From NCBI GenBank assembly GCA_964369665.1, contig CAYJFS010000003.1:180081-244080 (forward strand): a stretch of DNA of 64,000 bases. The letters run 5' to 3'. The translations under genes were made by a program, and so were the position numbers. Below, one piece after another: positions 49,135-58,601 of the stretch. This stretch comes from an uncultured Lawsonia sp. (GTDB lineage: Bacteria > Desulfobacterota > Desulfovibrionia > Desulfovibrionales > Desulfovibrionaceae). How positions within the stretch are numbered: the first letter of the stretch is position 1; each line of letters opens with the position of its first letter. Under the pieces are notes generated by a model. That model ran no database searches. It saw nothing but the letters and a program-made list of their open reading frames with translations, and was not told the DNA's origin.

Positions 49135-49392
49135 AACTTTACTACCTTAATACTAAACAGAATAATTATACTTGGGACTATGGTATGCTCCAAGCATATT
49201 AAGAGCTAAAAATATCTTTAGATAATACAACCTTAATCATTTACTCTTTCCCAATAACACTATTATTCATCAGAGTAAATATATCTTAAAAGACAAACTT
49301 ATAACTGTTTTTTATATATAATGTTAATTTTCTGTCTAAAAACACTTTTTTTAAAACAAAAAATTTAAATACTTTTTTAAGATTAAAAACTC

Positions 49393-49420
49393 TTGACAGT
49401 CTTGCATCAGGCAGTATGTT
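49393..49420 (+). promoter_or_regulatory. sigma-70-type promoter candidate (TTGACA-16 nt-TATGTT)
   Basis: A perfect -35 TTGACA at 49393-49398 and TATGTT at 49415-49420, oriented toward rbr (ATG 49638). Confidence 0.5.
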
Positions 49421-49452
49421 ATTTCTATATACTTTTTAAATATATAGAAATA
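49420..49452. promoter_or_regulatory. 12-bp perfect inverted repeat (TATTTCTATATA-9 nt-TATATAGAAATA) abutting the -10 element: candidate operator or 5'-leader hairpin
   Basis: The arms at 49420-49431 and 49441-49452 are perfectly complementary, and the repeat overlaps the predicted transcription start. Confidence 0.45.
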
Positions 49453-49637
49453 TACTCTACTTATAACTTATTATAAAAACTTAATGGAATAAAAAACAAC
49501 TGTATTTTTCTATGCAAAAGACTTAAATCACCTAGTGATCATTAAGTACTGTATATGTGATATAAATGAAGCTAATATAATTAGCCTCTTACTATAGAAA
49601 TACAAACAAAAATATAGAATAAACTTAAGGAATACTC

Positions 49638-50213
49638 ATGAAATCTTTAAAAGGTACAAAAACAGAACAAAATATTCTCACAGCTTTTGCAGGTGAATCC
49701 CAAGCACGTAATCGCTATGATTACTTTAGCAGTGCAGCTCGTGATGAAGGCCTAATGCAAATAGCAGATGTATTTGCTGAAACAGCACTTCAAGAAAAAG
49801 AGCATGCTAAACGTCTCTTCAAATTTCTTGAAGGTGGTGAAGTAGAAATCCAAGCAGCATACCCTGCAGGTGTTATTACACGGACAGAACAAAATCTTGC
49901 TGCTGCTGCTCATGGTGAACACTATGAACATACAGAAATGTATCCACAGTTTGCTGAAATAGCTGCAAAAGAAGGCTTCAGTGAAATAGCTGCTGTTATG
50001 CGTAATATTGCAAATGCAGAATCCTATCATGAACAACGTTTTCTTGCCCATGCTAAAAATATTAAAGAGGGACGTGTCTTTGAACGTGAAGTAGCTATTG
50101 CTTGGCGCTGTTTAAATTGTGGATATATTCATAATGGAAAAACTGCTCCTGATTCATGCCCTGCTTGTGCACACCCTAGATCATATTTTGAAGTCCTTCA
50201 CAACTGCTGGTAA
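49638..50213 (+). CDS. rbr: rubrerythrin
   Basis: 191 aa with an N-terminal di-iron four-helix domain ([13 protein letters not shown]...EH...) and a C-terminal rubredoxin-like CxxC...CxxC (CLNCG...CPAC). Confidence 0.95.
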   Translation: MKSLKGTKTEQNILTAFAGESQARNRYDYFSSAARDEGLMQIADVFAETALQEKEHAKRLFKFLEGGEVEIQAAYPAGVITRTEQNLAAAAHGEHYEHTEMYPQFAEIAAKEGFSEIAAVMRNIANAESYHEQRFLAHAKNIKEGRVFEREVAIAWRCLNCGYIHNGKTAPDSCPACAHPRSYFEVLHNCW

Positions 50214-50218
50214 AACAC

Positions 50219-50398
50219 ATGACAACACATACCATATGGCGCTGCCAAGTAACAAATTGTGGGTATCTCTATAATCCTGAAAAGGGTGACAAAAAAGGTA
50301 AAATTCCACCAGGAACAGCCTTTGAAGATTTGTCTGAAGATTGGCGCTGTCCTATTTGTGGTGCTTCTAAAAAAAGCTTTAAACCTTTAGTTGCTTAA
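50219..50398 (+). CDS. rubredoxin-like protein (59 aa; below the ORF-track length cutoff)
   Basis: My own translation is [59 protein letters not shown]. It has a rubredoxin core (Y.Y.P..GD...PGT.F.DLP.DW.CP.CG..K..F) but a C-x4-C first pair. It starts 5 nt after the rbr stop. Confidence 0.85.
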   Translation: MTTHTIWRCQVTNCGYLYNPEKGDKKGKIPPGTAFEDLSEDWRCPICGASKKSFKPLVA

Positions 50399-50403
50399 GT
50401 ATG

Positions 50404-50445
50404 ATGAAAGAACTAGGTGAGTAAATGCTCACCTAGTTCTTTCAT
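50404..50445 (+). terminator. strong stem-loop after the rbr/rubredoxin operon
   Basis: Perfect 18-bp stem ATGAAAGAACTAGGTGAG / CTCACCTAGTTCTTTCAT with a 6-nt loop, beginning 6 nt after the stop. There is no clear U-tract. Confidence 0.6.
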
Positions 50446-50482
50446 ATTACAAAAAAGCCACTTAAGTATCTAAACAAACGTA

Positions 50483-51553
50483 ATGCAAAAAAATATAATC
50501 AAAACTATTGCTGTATGGAACACTGCTTACTTAGGAGATACTGTTTTAACACTGCCTCTTATTCAAACGCTTGCAAAGAATTATCCTAATGCACATATTG
50601 ACTTCTATGTTCGAAAAGGTTTTCATGATTTTTATATCAATAATCCACACATTCACAGTGTTATTGAATACCATAAACAAAAACTATCTATTAACCCAAC
50701 AATTCATCTTATTCGTTATATAAGAGAACAAAAGTATGATCTCTGGATTAACACACATCCAAGTATTCGTTCTTCTATTATTACTGCATGTTCTAAAGCA
50801 AAAATACGTATAGGTTATACAGAAAACATAATCCAACCTTTATGTTGTACACATCTTGTAAAACGCAAAATGGGTACTCTTGATGAAATTGAACGCCTTT
50901 TAGATCTTCTCACTTGTTTAGATATACCACATGCTTCTTTCCAAAGCTGGCCCCAAATTTTTATTCCAACAGAAATAGAAAAAAAAATAGACACCTTTTG
51001 GAATACACATATCTTTGGACCAACATTAGGCATAAATCCAGGCTCTGTATGGGCAACAAAACGCTGGCCTCCAGAAGGGTTTGCAACTATTGCTAAAAAA
51101 GCTATAGAGAATGGGGCCCATGTAATTATCTTAGGTGGACCAGGCGAAGAGCACCTAGTAAACGAAATCATAAAAGAAGCAAATATTGATGGCCATCCAC
51201 TTGTTCATAACCTCTCAAAAAATCTTAGCTTACTCCAGCTTGCAGCTGTTATAAAAAGATTAAATTGTTATCTTACAAATGACTCAGGTCCCATGCATAT
51301 TGCTTGGTCTCTATACACTCCTGTTACAGCTATATTTGGACCAACTGTGCCCTGTTTAGGTTTTGCTCCAAGAGGTCCATCTGCTTCTATTATAAGTGTT
51401 CCTCTTAAATGTCGTCCTTGTAGCTTGCATGGTGGTAACACATGCCCAAAACTGCATTTTAGGTGTATGCGAGATATAGATACTAACCTTGTTTGGGATG
51501 ATGTTTCTAAAAAACTTTTTACAAAAAACATATCCTCCACAACTTTACTATAA
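50483..51553 (+). CDS. ADP-heptose:LPS heptosyltransferase (GT9, WaaF/WaaC-like)
   Basis: 356 aa with WNTAYLGDTVLTLPLIQ, GINPGSVWATKRWP and the TNDSGPMHIA motif of glycosyltransferase family 9. Confidence 0.85.
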   Translation: MQKNIIKTIAVWNTAYLGDTVLTLPLIQTLAKNYPNAHIDFYVRKGFHDFYINNPHIHSVIEYHKQKLSINPTIHLIRYIREQKYDLWINTHPSIRSSIITACSKAKIRIGYTENIIQPLCCTHLVKRKMGTLDEIERLLDLLTCLDIPHASFQSWPQIFIPTEIEKKIDTFWNTHIFGPTLGINPGSVWATKRWPPEGFATIAKKAIENGAHVIILGGPGEEHLVNEIIKEANIDGHPLVHNLSKNLSLLQLAAVIKRLNCYLTNDSGPMHIAWSLYTPVTAIFGPTVPCLGFAPRGPSASIISVPLKCRPCSLHGGNTCPKLHFRCMRDIDTNLVWDDVSKKLFTKNISSTTLL

Positions 51554-51641
51554 ACTTCATCACAAACAACATACCTTTTAAGCTTCATTGAGTTATTCTC
51601 AATCAACAAATATGTTTATTAAAGGATTTGATTAATAAAAA

Positions 51642-51665
51642 AGTTGGTATGAAAACATACCAACT
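51642..51665. terminator. hairpin between convergent genes (possible bidirectional terminator)
   Basis: Perfect 10-bp stem AGTTGGTATG / CATACCAACT with a 4-nt loop, preceded by an A-run. Confidence 0.5.
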
Positions 51666-51832
51666 CTAATAGTATTTTCCAAAGTCATTAAACCTAGCTT
51701 AGCTCAAATATACATCCTTCTCATACATATCTCTTCAAAAAAGAGGAGGAAGAAAAGAGTTAGAGAAAAACAATAAAGATGGAAAGAAAAAACAACCATT
51801 CCTCATTACTACTTCTTAAATTTTACAGCACC

Positions 51833-52411
51833 CTAGGCTGCCATAATATGATCATAAAACTCTTTTGCTACAATACTTGAAGGGTTATGTTTTAGTACAG
51901 CTTCAATCTGTTTTTTAGCTTCTTTTGTACGACCAAGAGAAATCAAGCAACCTGCTAAAGAAATTCTAAGATCCTCTTTTTCAGGATGTGTAGCAACACA
52001 TTCTTCAAGAATAGGAACAACTTTATCCAAGCAGTTTAATTTATATCCTTCACGAACAAGACAGTTTAAAGCTACTGCATTTTCAGGATTCATACGTGCA
52101 GCTTTTTCAAAAAATGTAAAGGCTTCTTTATCAGAACCTTGCTCCATCTTTACAAGACCAATACCTGCAAGTGCTTTATCATTTTCACTAATTTCAAGTG
52201 CTTTACTATATAATTTCAATGCACTATCTAGCTCACCACGTTGAATAGCAATAGTTGCAAGTCCTATATATGGTTCAGGCTGCTTTTCCATGGCAGTAGA
52301 TGCTTTATGGTAATAATTTTCAGCCTTATCAAATTCACCCATAAATAAATAACATTCACCTAATTCCTTATTTATTTCATAATCAAGTTGGTTATTCATG
52401 GCCTTCTCCAT
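51833..52411 (-). CDS. tetratricopeptide-repeat (TPR) protein
   Basis: 192 aa with 4-5 TPR-like units (Y..G.....A...Y.KAL...P). The start may instead be the ATG at 52399, which has GGAG 6 nt upstream. Confidence 0.75.
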   Translation of the reverse strand: MEKAMNNQLDYEINKELGECYLFMGEFDKAENYYHKASTAMEKQPEPYIGLATIAIQRGELDSALKLYSKALEISENDKALAGIGLVKMEQGSDKEAFTFFEKAARMNPENAVALNCLVREGYKLNCLDKVVPILEECVATHPEKEDLRISLAGCLISLGRTKEAKKQIEAVLKHNPSSIVAKEFYDHIMAA

Positions 52412-52474
52412 ACTTCTTTATACTATTGTTCATTAAAGTTTATCTAGGTTTCCGAATCTGGTATGAAAGAACAA

Positions 52475-52490
52475 AGCAAGCTATGTGCCA
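52475..52490 (-). promoter_or_regulatory. sigma-54 (-24/-12) promoter: TGGCAC-ATAGC-TTGCT
   Basis: The minus strand reads TGGCACATAGCTTGCT, matching the consensus TGGCAC-N5-TTGCW at every conserved position. It lies about 64-76 nt upstream of the TPR gene start codons. Confidence 0.7.
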
Positions 52491-52641
52491 AAGAACATTT
52501 ATCCAATAAATAAAAAATATTCTGTAACTACTATATCACAATATCCATAAATTACTATGAGATAGATATATATCTGTCATGCTTTTGACGTTATCTCCTG
52601 TATCAAAAACACTATCTATAGCCTACATATCAAATACTTTA

Positions 52642-54504
52642 CTAGTCTTTGTATGCTTTTAATGCTTTTGATAAAGCATAAGCCTTTGCAACACCAATAC
52701 CAGGAATTTTTTTTAAATCTTCTGGTGTAGCATAGAGAATAGCTTCTATATTTTTAAAATGCTTCCAAAGAAGTTGTGCTGTTGCTTTACCAACACCAGG
52801 TATTTTTAATAGTTTTTCAGAAAGCATAACTTTTCCTCGAGCTTTTTGATGCCTTCCATGTGCAAAGGCATGTGCAGTATCACGAACATATTGAAGAAAA
52901 AGTAACTCTTGAGAACCTGGCTTTAATGGTAAAGGATTTACTCTACCTGAAAGAAATACTAGATCTTCTAAATTCCCTGCTCTTCTATCAGGCCTGCCAA
53001 AAGAATTTCTAGCTTTAGCTATACCAGCAAGGACAAAAAGACCATTTACATTATTTTTATCTAATACATGCTGTACAGCATTTACCTGGCCACGACCACC
53101 GTCTATAAAAACAAGGTCTGCCCATGGTCCTCCAGACTTCAATCTGTGCTCCATCCAAAAAGCAAGTGCAGCATAATCATCTCCACCTGTTATTGATACT
53201 GTAGCTTTTTCTAAAGTATATATACGATAGTCCTCTTTTTTAGGCTTTCCATCTTCAAAAACAACCATACCTATACATGTATTCTTCCCACCTGTATGTG
53301 AAACATCAACACACTCTATCCTTACAACAGGTTTATTACTATGAAAAATCTGAGCAAGCTTTATTGATAAAGATTCTTCTGGAAGAACTTTCATAGTTTC
53401 TTGTGCATTTACAATAGCCATCTCTACAAGTTTTGATTCATGGACTGTTTGAGCTATGCCTATGGAAACACTATCCTCTTGTATCTCTGTAAGAATATCT
53501 TCTATTATTTTTAATTGATGAACATAAGAGTCTTCTAATGCTACCTCTTCTTCTTGCACATGTGGCACAACAATTTGGGGTGGAATATATATTGCTGAAC
53601 TATATATCTGACTTAGAAACGTTAACAACAGCTCTGGAACATCTTCAAAACAGAGGCCTGAGAAAAAAAATGTTTTACTATCAATAAGCTTACCTTCACG
53701 AACAAATAAAAGCCCAACTCCAATTCCCTTTTCTCCAGAAGTCACACCAATAACATCCATGTCACCACCTTCTGGTAAAACAACATGTTGTTTTTCTATT
53801 GTCTTTTGTATTGCTTGGATTTGATCTCGTATAGAAGCAGCTTTTTCAAACTCTAATCTTTCTGCAGCATTATTCATCTGTAACTGTAGTTTCTGAATAA
53901 GCTCTTGTGATCGACCAGCTAAAAAAAGCTCAACTTGCTCTATCAATAAAGTATACTCTTCTGAATCTACAGGTTCTGTACATGGAGCAAGACACTGCTT
54001 TATATAAAAATATAAACAAGGACGAACACGGTTTTTAAACATTCTATCAGAACATCGTCGTAAAGGAAAAACATGGTGTATTGTTTTCCATGTTTCACGA
54101 GCAGCAATACCTGACGTAAATGGACCAAAATACCGTGCATTATCCTTATATACTTTTCTTACAATTTCAAGGCATGGATAAGGTATATCATGCTGTATAC
54201 GAAACAAGACATACTGTTTATCATCTCGTAAAACAATATTGTATTTAGGTTTATGTTTTTTTATAAGACTTGATTCAAGTAATAGTGCTTCCTTTTCTGT
54301 AGACGTAGTAATGGTTTCTAAACAAGAAACTCTATTCATTAATGCCTTATTTTTAGGTGTTAAAGATAAACTATCTCTAAAATATGAAAGAATTCTTTTC
54401 CTCAGGTTCCTTGCTTTACCTATATAAATAATGTGACCCTGTATATCTTTATAAAGATATACACCAGGTGTTTTAGGAATATTTTGTGAATTTGGACGAT
54501 CCAT
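52642..54504 (-). CDS. uvrC: excinuclease ABC subunit C
   Basis: 620 aa with an N-terminal GIY-YIG domain (GVYLYKD...IIYIGKA), a UVR domain, an endonuclease-V-like domain and a C-terminal (HhH)2. Confidence 0.95.
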   Translation of the reverse strand: MDRPNSQNIPKTPGVYLYKDIQGHIIYIGKARNLRKRILSYFRDSLSLTPKNKALMNRVSCLETITTSTEKEALLLESSLIKKHKPKYNIVLRDDKQYVLFRIQHDIPYPCLEIVRKVYKDNARYFGPFTSGIAARETWKTIHHVFPLRRCSDRMFKNRVRPCLYFYIKQCLAPCTEPVDSEEYTLLIEQVELFLAGRSQELIQKLQLQMNNAAERLEFEKAASIRDQIQAIQKTIEKQHVVLPEGGDMDVIGVTSGEKGIGVGLLFVREGKLIDSKTFFFSGLCFEDVPELLLTFLSQIYSSAIYIPPQIVVPHVQEEEVALEDSYVHQLKIIEDILTEIQEDSVSIGIAQTVHESKLVEMAIVNAQETMKVLPEESLSIKLAQIFHSNKPVVRIECVDVSHTGGKNTCIGMVVFEDGKPKKEDYRIYTLEKATVSITGGDDYAALAFWMEHRLKSGGPWADLVFIDGGRGQVNAVQHVLDKNNVNGLFVLAGIAKARNSFGRPDRRAGNLEDLVFLSGRVNPLPLKPGSQELLFLQYVRDTAHAFAHGRHQKARGKVMLSEKLLKIPGVGKATAQLLWKHFKNIEAILYATPEDLKKIPGIGVAKAYALSKALKAYKD

Positions 54505-54541
54505 AGGTATATTTAACCAATTATAATAAAAAAACTATACA

Positions 54542-55198
54542 TCAAAAATCCACATATATAGCTTCACCTTGTATAAGACGCTTTATAAGCTCTGACAAAG
54601 GGAGACCAAGAGCTGTCATAAGATTTCCTTCTATACGATTAATAAGAAGCCCACCTATACCCTCTATAGAACATGAGCCTGCCTTATCTTGTGGTTCACC
54701 TGTTCGTATATATGCTTGTAGTACTGGCTTAGGCCACTGGCCAAAAAAAACTATAGCGTTATCAGTCCATACCTCACAATATGCCATATCTTTGGTAAGT
54801 GTTTTTGGCCAAACAATACAGCATGCTGTAAGTATCTGATGCTGACCGCCTTGAAAAGACTCAAGAACACTTAATGAATCTTCCTCACTCCTTGGTTTAC
54901 CTATTATTTTAGATTCATGTTCTCCTTGATAAATAACAATGGTATCTGCACCTATAATACATGCTTCAGGATATAAGCAGGCAACAGCCATGGCTTTTGC
55001 TTTTGCCGCACGTATAGCATACTTTTCAGGGTCCTCATTTAAAAAAGGTTCTGGCTCTACACCTACAGATATTGATTGAAATATAAGACCTGTCTGCTTA
55101 AGAAGCTCCTTTCGCCTTGGTGATTCTGAAGCCAATATTATCTTTACTCTTTCCTTAAAAACCAATATATCATTTAACTCACACACCATGCGATTCAA
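54542..55198 (-). CDS. maf: Maf-like nucleoside triphosphate pyrophosphatase
   Basis: 218 aa with ILASESPRRKELL, GADTIV and KAG.Y.IEG motifs. Confidence 0.88.
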   Translation of the reverse strand: MNRMVCELNDILVFKERVKIILASESPRRKELLKQTGLIFQSISVGVEPEPFLNEDPEKYAIRAAKAKAMAVACLYPEACIIGADTIVIYQGEHESKIIGKPRSEEDSLSVLESFQGGQHQILTACCIVWPKTLTKDMAYCEVWTDNAIVFFGQWPKPVLQAYIRTGEPQDKAGSCSIEGIGGLLINRIEGNLMTALGLPLSELIKRLIQGEAIYVDF

Positions 55199-55403
55199 AC
55201 CTAACCTCCCTCAAAAATATATAATAAACTCTTTAGATATACCAAGACAGAATATAAGACTTTCATATCTTGCATAAATATTGTATCAGTTAACTCTAAA
55301 CATCATTATTTTTACCATTGTTAAAAAACTCCTTGCCTTTAATACATATTTAAAGTAGGGATCTGCTGCTCTATGTTGTTTAGTATATATTTTATATCTA
55401 TCG

Positions 55404-56438
55404 ATGTCTCCAAAAGGAGTTTGGATGCGCCCAAATCGTAAGCCTGGTGCTCATGCTACTCAAATGCAGGAACTATTTTCCCGCAACGACAATTGGCTCA
55501 TCATGGTTAATGCTGATCCTGATGCACTTGGATCAGCCATGGCTCTTAAAAAGATCATGTCTCACCGTACAGGTAAAGTCTTTATTACTCGTATTAATGA
55601 AATTACTCGTCCAGACAACCTAATGATGTTACGTCAACTCCACATACCTGTTGTCCCTTGGAGTGAAACACTGCTTCCTTTTTTCCAAAAATTTGCACTA
55701 GTAGACTCTCAACCACAACATAATACAGCCTTTCAAAACATATCTTTCTCCATTATCATTGATCATCATCCTCTTATATCAGAACACCCACCTATTGCAG
55801 ATTATATAGATATCCGTCCTGAATATGGAGCCACTTGCACGATATTTACTGAATACTTAAGAGCACTCTCTATTAGACCTGGAAGGCGTCTTGCTACAGC
55901 ATTACAATATGGTATTCGGACTGACACTGGAACCTTTACAAGAAAATTTACCTATGCTGATATTCAAGCCTATCAATGGTTATCACAACACGCAAGTAGT
56001 ACTTTACTTACACGAATTACTCGAAGTGAATATCTTCAAGACTGGTTAAAATATTTTGCTAGAGCCTTTACAACATTACATGACTGTGGAAAAGGGAAAT
56101 ATGCATTTCTTGGTGATATTGAAAATCCCGATATCCTTGTTGTAGTTGGAGATTTTTTTACAAAAGTATATGGCCTAAAATGGACAGCACTTTGTGGAGT
56201 TTATAATGATACTGTTGTTATTATCTTTCGAGGTGATGAAAGCGTTGACTTAGGGAAATTTGCAACAGAACGGTTCTCTGCCTTGGGTTCAGCTGGAGGA
56301 CATAGAGCTATGGCACGTGCGGAATTTCCTGTATCACTTGTAGAAGGAAAAAACATAGAAGTTTTTGTTTTTCGAAAGCTATCAGAAAAAATCCCTGAAA
56401 CTAAAAAAACATCTAAAAAAACACCTTCATCTAATTAA
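55404..56438 (+). CDS. DHH/DHHA1-family phosphoesterase (NrnA-like)
   Basis: 344 aa with DPDALGS, the DHH motif (IIIDHHP) and a DHHA1 GGH motif (GSAGGHRAMA). Confidence 0.8.
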   Translation: MSPKGVWMRPNRKPGAHATQMQELFSRNDNWLIMVNADPDALGSAMALKKIMSHRTGKVFITRINEITRPDNLMMLRQLHIPVVPWSETLLPFFQKFALVDSQPQHNTAFQNISFSIIIDHHPLISEHPPIADYIDIRPEYGATCTIFTEYLRALSIRPGRRLATALQYGIRTDTGTFTRKFTYADIQAYQWLSQHASSTLLTRITRSEYLQDWLKYFARAFTTLHDCGKGKYAFLGDIENPDILVVVGDFFTKVYGLKWTALCGVYNDTVVIIFRGDESVDLGKFATERFSALGSAGGHRAMARAEFPVSLVEGKNIEVFVFRKLSEKIPETKKTSKKTPSSN

Positions 56439-56493
56439 CACTTTTAAAAATAAAAATCTCTTTTTACAACCTATCTTGGGGCATACCTATTCT

Positions 56494-57867
56494 TTAAAAA
56501 TCAAGGTTTCCTGGTGTCCTTGGAAAAGGCACTACATCCCGAATATTTGAAACACCTGTTAACAACATTAAAAGACGTTCAAACCCTAAACCAAAACCTG
56601 CATGTTTAACAGTTCCAAAACGACGTAAGTCTAAATACCACCAATAATTCTCTACTGGCTGACCAATAGCTTGCAGACGTTGCATTAACGTTTCTAAACG
56701 CTCTTCTCTTTGGCTACCACCAATAAGTTCTCCAATATGAGGTACCAAAAGATCCATAGCAGCTACTGTTAACCCATCATCATTTTTACGCATATAAAAA
56801 GCCTTTATCTCTTCAGGATAATCATAAACCATAACTGGATGACCAAAGTGTTCTTCTGTTAAATATTTCTCATGTTCTACCTGAAGATCACCACCCCAAA
56901 AAACTGGAAACTCAAACTTCTTCTTACTTACTTGTAGTAACTGTATAGCCTCTTTATAACTACAACGAATAAATGGTTTACTAATAATATTCTGCAAGCG
57001 CTCTTTAAGTCCAGGAGCAACATATGTATCAAATAATACTATCTCATCTATACAATGCTCAAGGACATAACGGATAACAAAACAAACTAATCCCTCAGCA
57101 AGATCCATAAGATCATAAACATCAGCAAAGGCAATTTCTGGTTCAATCATCCAAAATTCTGCTGCATGTCTGGGTGTATTAGAATTCTCTGCTCGAAATG
57201 TAGGACCAAAAGAATAAACTTTCCCAAGGCCCATAGCTAAACATTCTGCTTCTAGTTGACCTGAAACTGTTAAGTGACATTCTTTATTAAAAAAATCACT
57301 CTCTAGCGTATCTGCTGAATTATTGGCTAATGGCAAAGTTGTTACCCGAAACATTTCACCTGCTCCCTCACAATCAGAGCCTGTAAGGATTGGCGTATGA
57401 ATATAAAAAAATCCTGCATTATGTAAATAGTTATGGATTGCATATGCAGCTTCTGAACGGACTCTAAAAATTGCACCATACTTATTAGTACGTACACGCA
57501 AGTGAGCTATCGTTCTCAAAAATTCATCTGAATGGCGCTTCTTCTGAAGCGGAAAGGTTTCTGAATCTGCAAGCCCGTGGACGACAATATCTCTAGCTTG
57601 AATTTCCCAATTTTGACCTTTCCCAGGTGAAGATACTAATGCACCTTGTATGGAAATACATGCACCTGTATTAACACCTTCAAGAACTGTCCCTGCTTCA
57701 GAGTGTATATCCACAACACACTGAATATTCTTTAAACAAGAACCATCATTAAGTTCAAAAAAAACAACATCCTTTGCATTACGACGAGTACGTACCCATC
57801 CACTAATAGTAACTTCTGTTATAGGCACTTTTGAATAAATCAGTTCAGCAATAGTTTTAGGTAGCAC
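56494..57867 (-). CDS. asnS: asparagine--tRNA ligase
   Basis: 457 aa class IIb synthetase with an OB-fold N-terminus (GWVRTRRNAKDVVFFELNDGS), FRAE, GELIGGSQRE and GFGLGFERL. Confidence 0.93.
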   Translation of the reverse strand: MLPKTIAELIYSKVPITEVTISGWVRTRRNAKDVVFFELNDGSCLKNIQCVVDIHSEAGTVLEGVNTGACISIQGALVSSPGKGQNWEIQARDIVVHGLADSETFPLQKKRHSDEFLRTIAHLRVRTNKYGAIFRVRSEAAYAIHNYLHNAGFFYIHTPILTGSDCEGAGEMFRVTTLPLANNSADTLESDFFNKECHLTVSGQLEAECLAMGLGKVYSFGPTFRAENSNTPRHAAEFWMIEPEIAFADVYDLMDLAEGLVCFVIRYVLEHCIDEIVLFDTYVAPGLKERLQNIISKPFIRCSYKEAIQLLQVSKKKFEFPVFWGGDLQVEHEKYLTEEHFGHPVMVYDYPEEIKAFYMRKNDDGLTVAAMDLLVPHIGELIGGSQREERLETLMQRLQAIGQPVENYWWYLDLRRFGTVKHAGFGLGFERLLMLLTGVSNIRDVVPFPRTPGNLDF

Positions 57868-57905
57868 CTTATTTCTCCTGAATAAAATTCTTCTACTAAA
57901 AAATT

Positions 57906-58580
57906 TTATTTATTCTTCTTACCCAATACAAACTGAACACCTTCAAAACAAAGGGGCAAAAGAGACAATAGTATAATTCCATACACTACCAAGCTAAAAT
58001 TTTCCTTTACTAATGGTATTTTCCCTAAAAAATATCCTGCAGACACAAGGCCTCCTACCCAGACTATAGCACCAACAATATTATATAATAAAAACTGTCT
58101 TTGGTTCATAGCCGCGATACCAGCTATAAAAGGCACAATAGTTCGAATAATTGGAATAAAGCGTGCTAAAATAACAGCTTTGCCTCCATGTTTTTCATAA
58201 AAAACCTGTGCTTTTAACAAATAAGCCTTATTAAAAAATCGGACATTGCGATTAAAAATCTTTGGACCAATCCAAGAGCCTATAGTATAATTCACAAAAT
58301 CACCTAAAATAGCTGCAATCAATAATATTACAATAATAATTGAATATTGTAAGTAGCCAGCTCCAGCAAGAGCTCCAGCAGCGAAAACTAAAGAGTCACC
58401 TGGTAAAAAAGGTGTAATAATAAGACCTGTCTCACAAAAAACTATCAAAAATAAAATAAAATATAAAGTATTCCCATATTCTGCAGCAAATACAAAAAGA
58501 TATTTATCTATATTTAAAACAAAAAGTATACACTGTGTAAAAAACGAAAAGTCCATAACACCCCTTGAAAAACTATCCAT
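57906..58580 (-). CDS. dedA: DedA-family inner-membrane protein
   Basis: 224 aa polytopic protein with the DedA signature ...PFLPGDSL...GKAVILARFIPIIRT. Confidence 0.85.
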   Translation of the reverse strand: MDSFSRGVMDFSFFTQCILFVLNIDKYLFVFAAEYGNTLYFILFLIVFCETGLIITPFLPGDSLVFAAGALAGAGYLQYSIIIVILLIAAILGDFVNYTIGSWIGPKIFNRNVRFFNKAYLLKAQVFYEKHGGKAVILARFIPIIRTIVPFIAGIAAMNQRQFLLYNIVGAIVWVGGLVSAGYFLGKIPLVKENFSLVVYGIILLSLLPLCFEGVQFVLGKKNK

Positions 58581-58601
58581 TAAAAACAGCTTACCAAAAG
58601 T

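Noticed and set aside
49181-49196. TGGTATGCTCCAAGCA, with correct GG-N10-GC spacing, on the plus strand between tolQ and rbr.
   Set aside because: Only the GG and GC dinucleotides and a few flanking bases match, and the TT of TTGC is AA. It lies about 440 nt from rbr, upstream of the much better sigma-70-type promoter.
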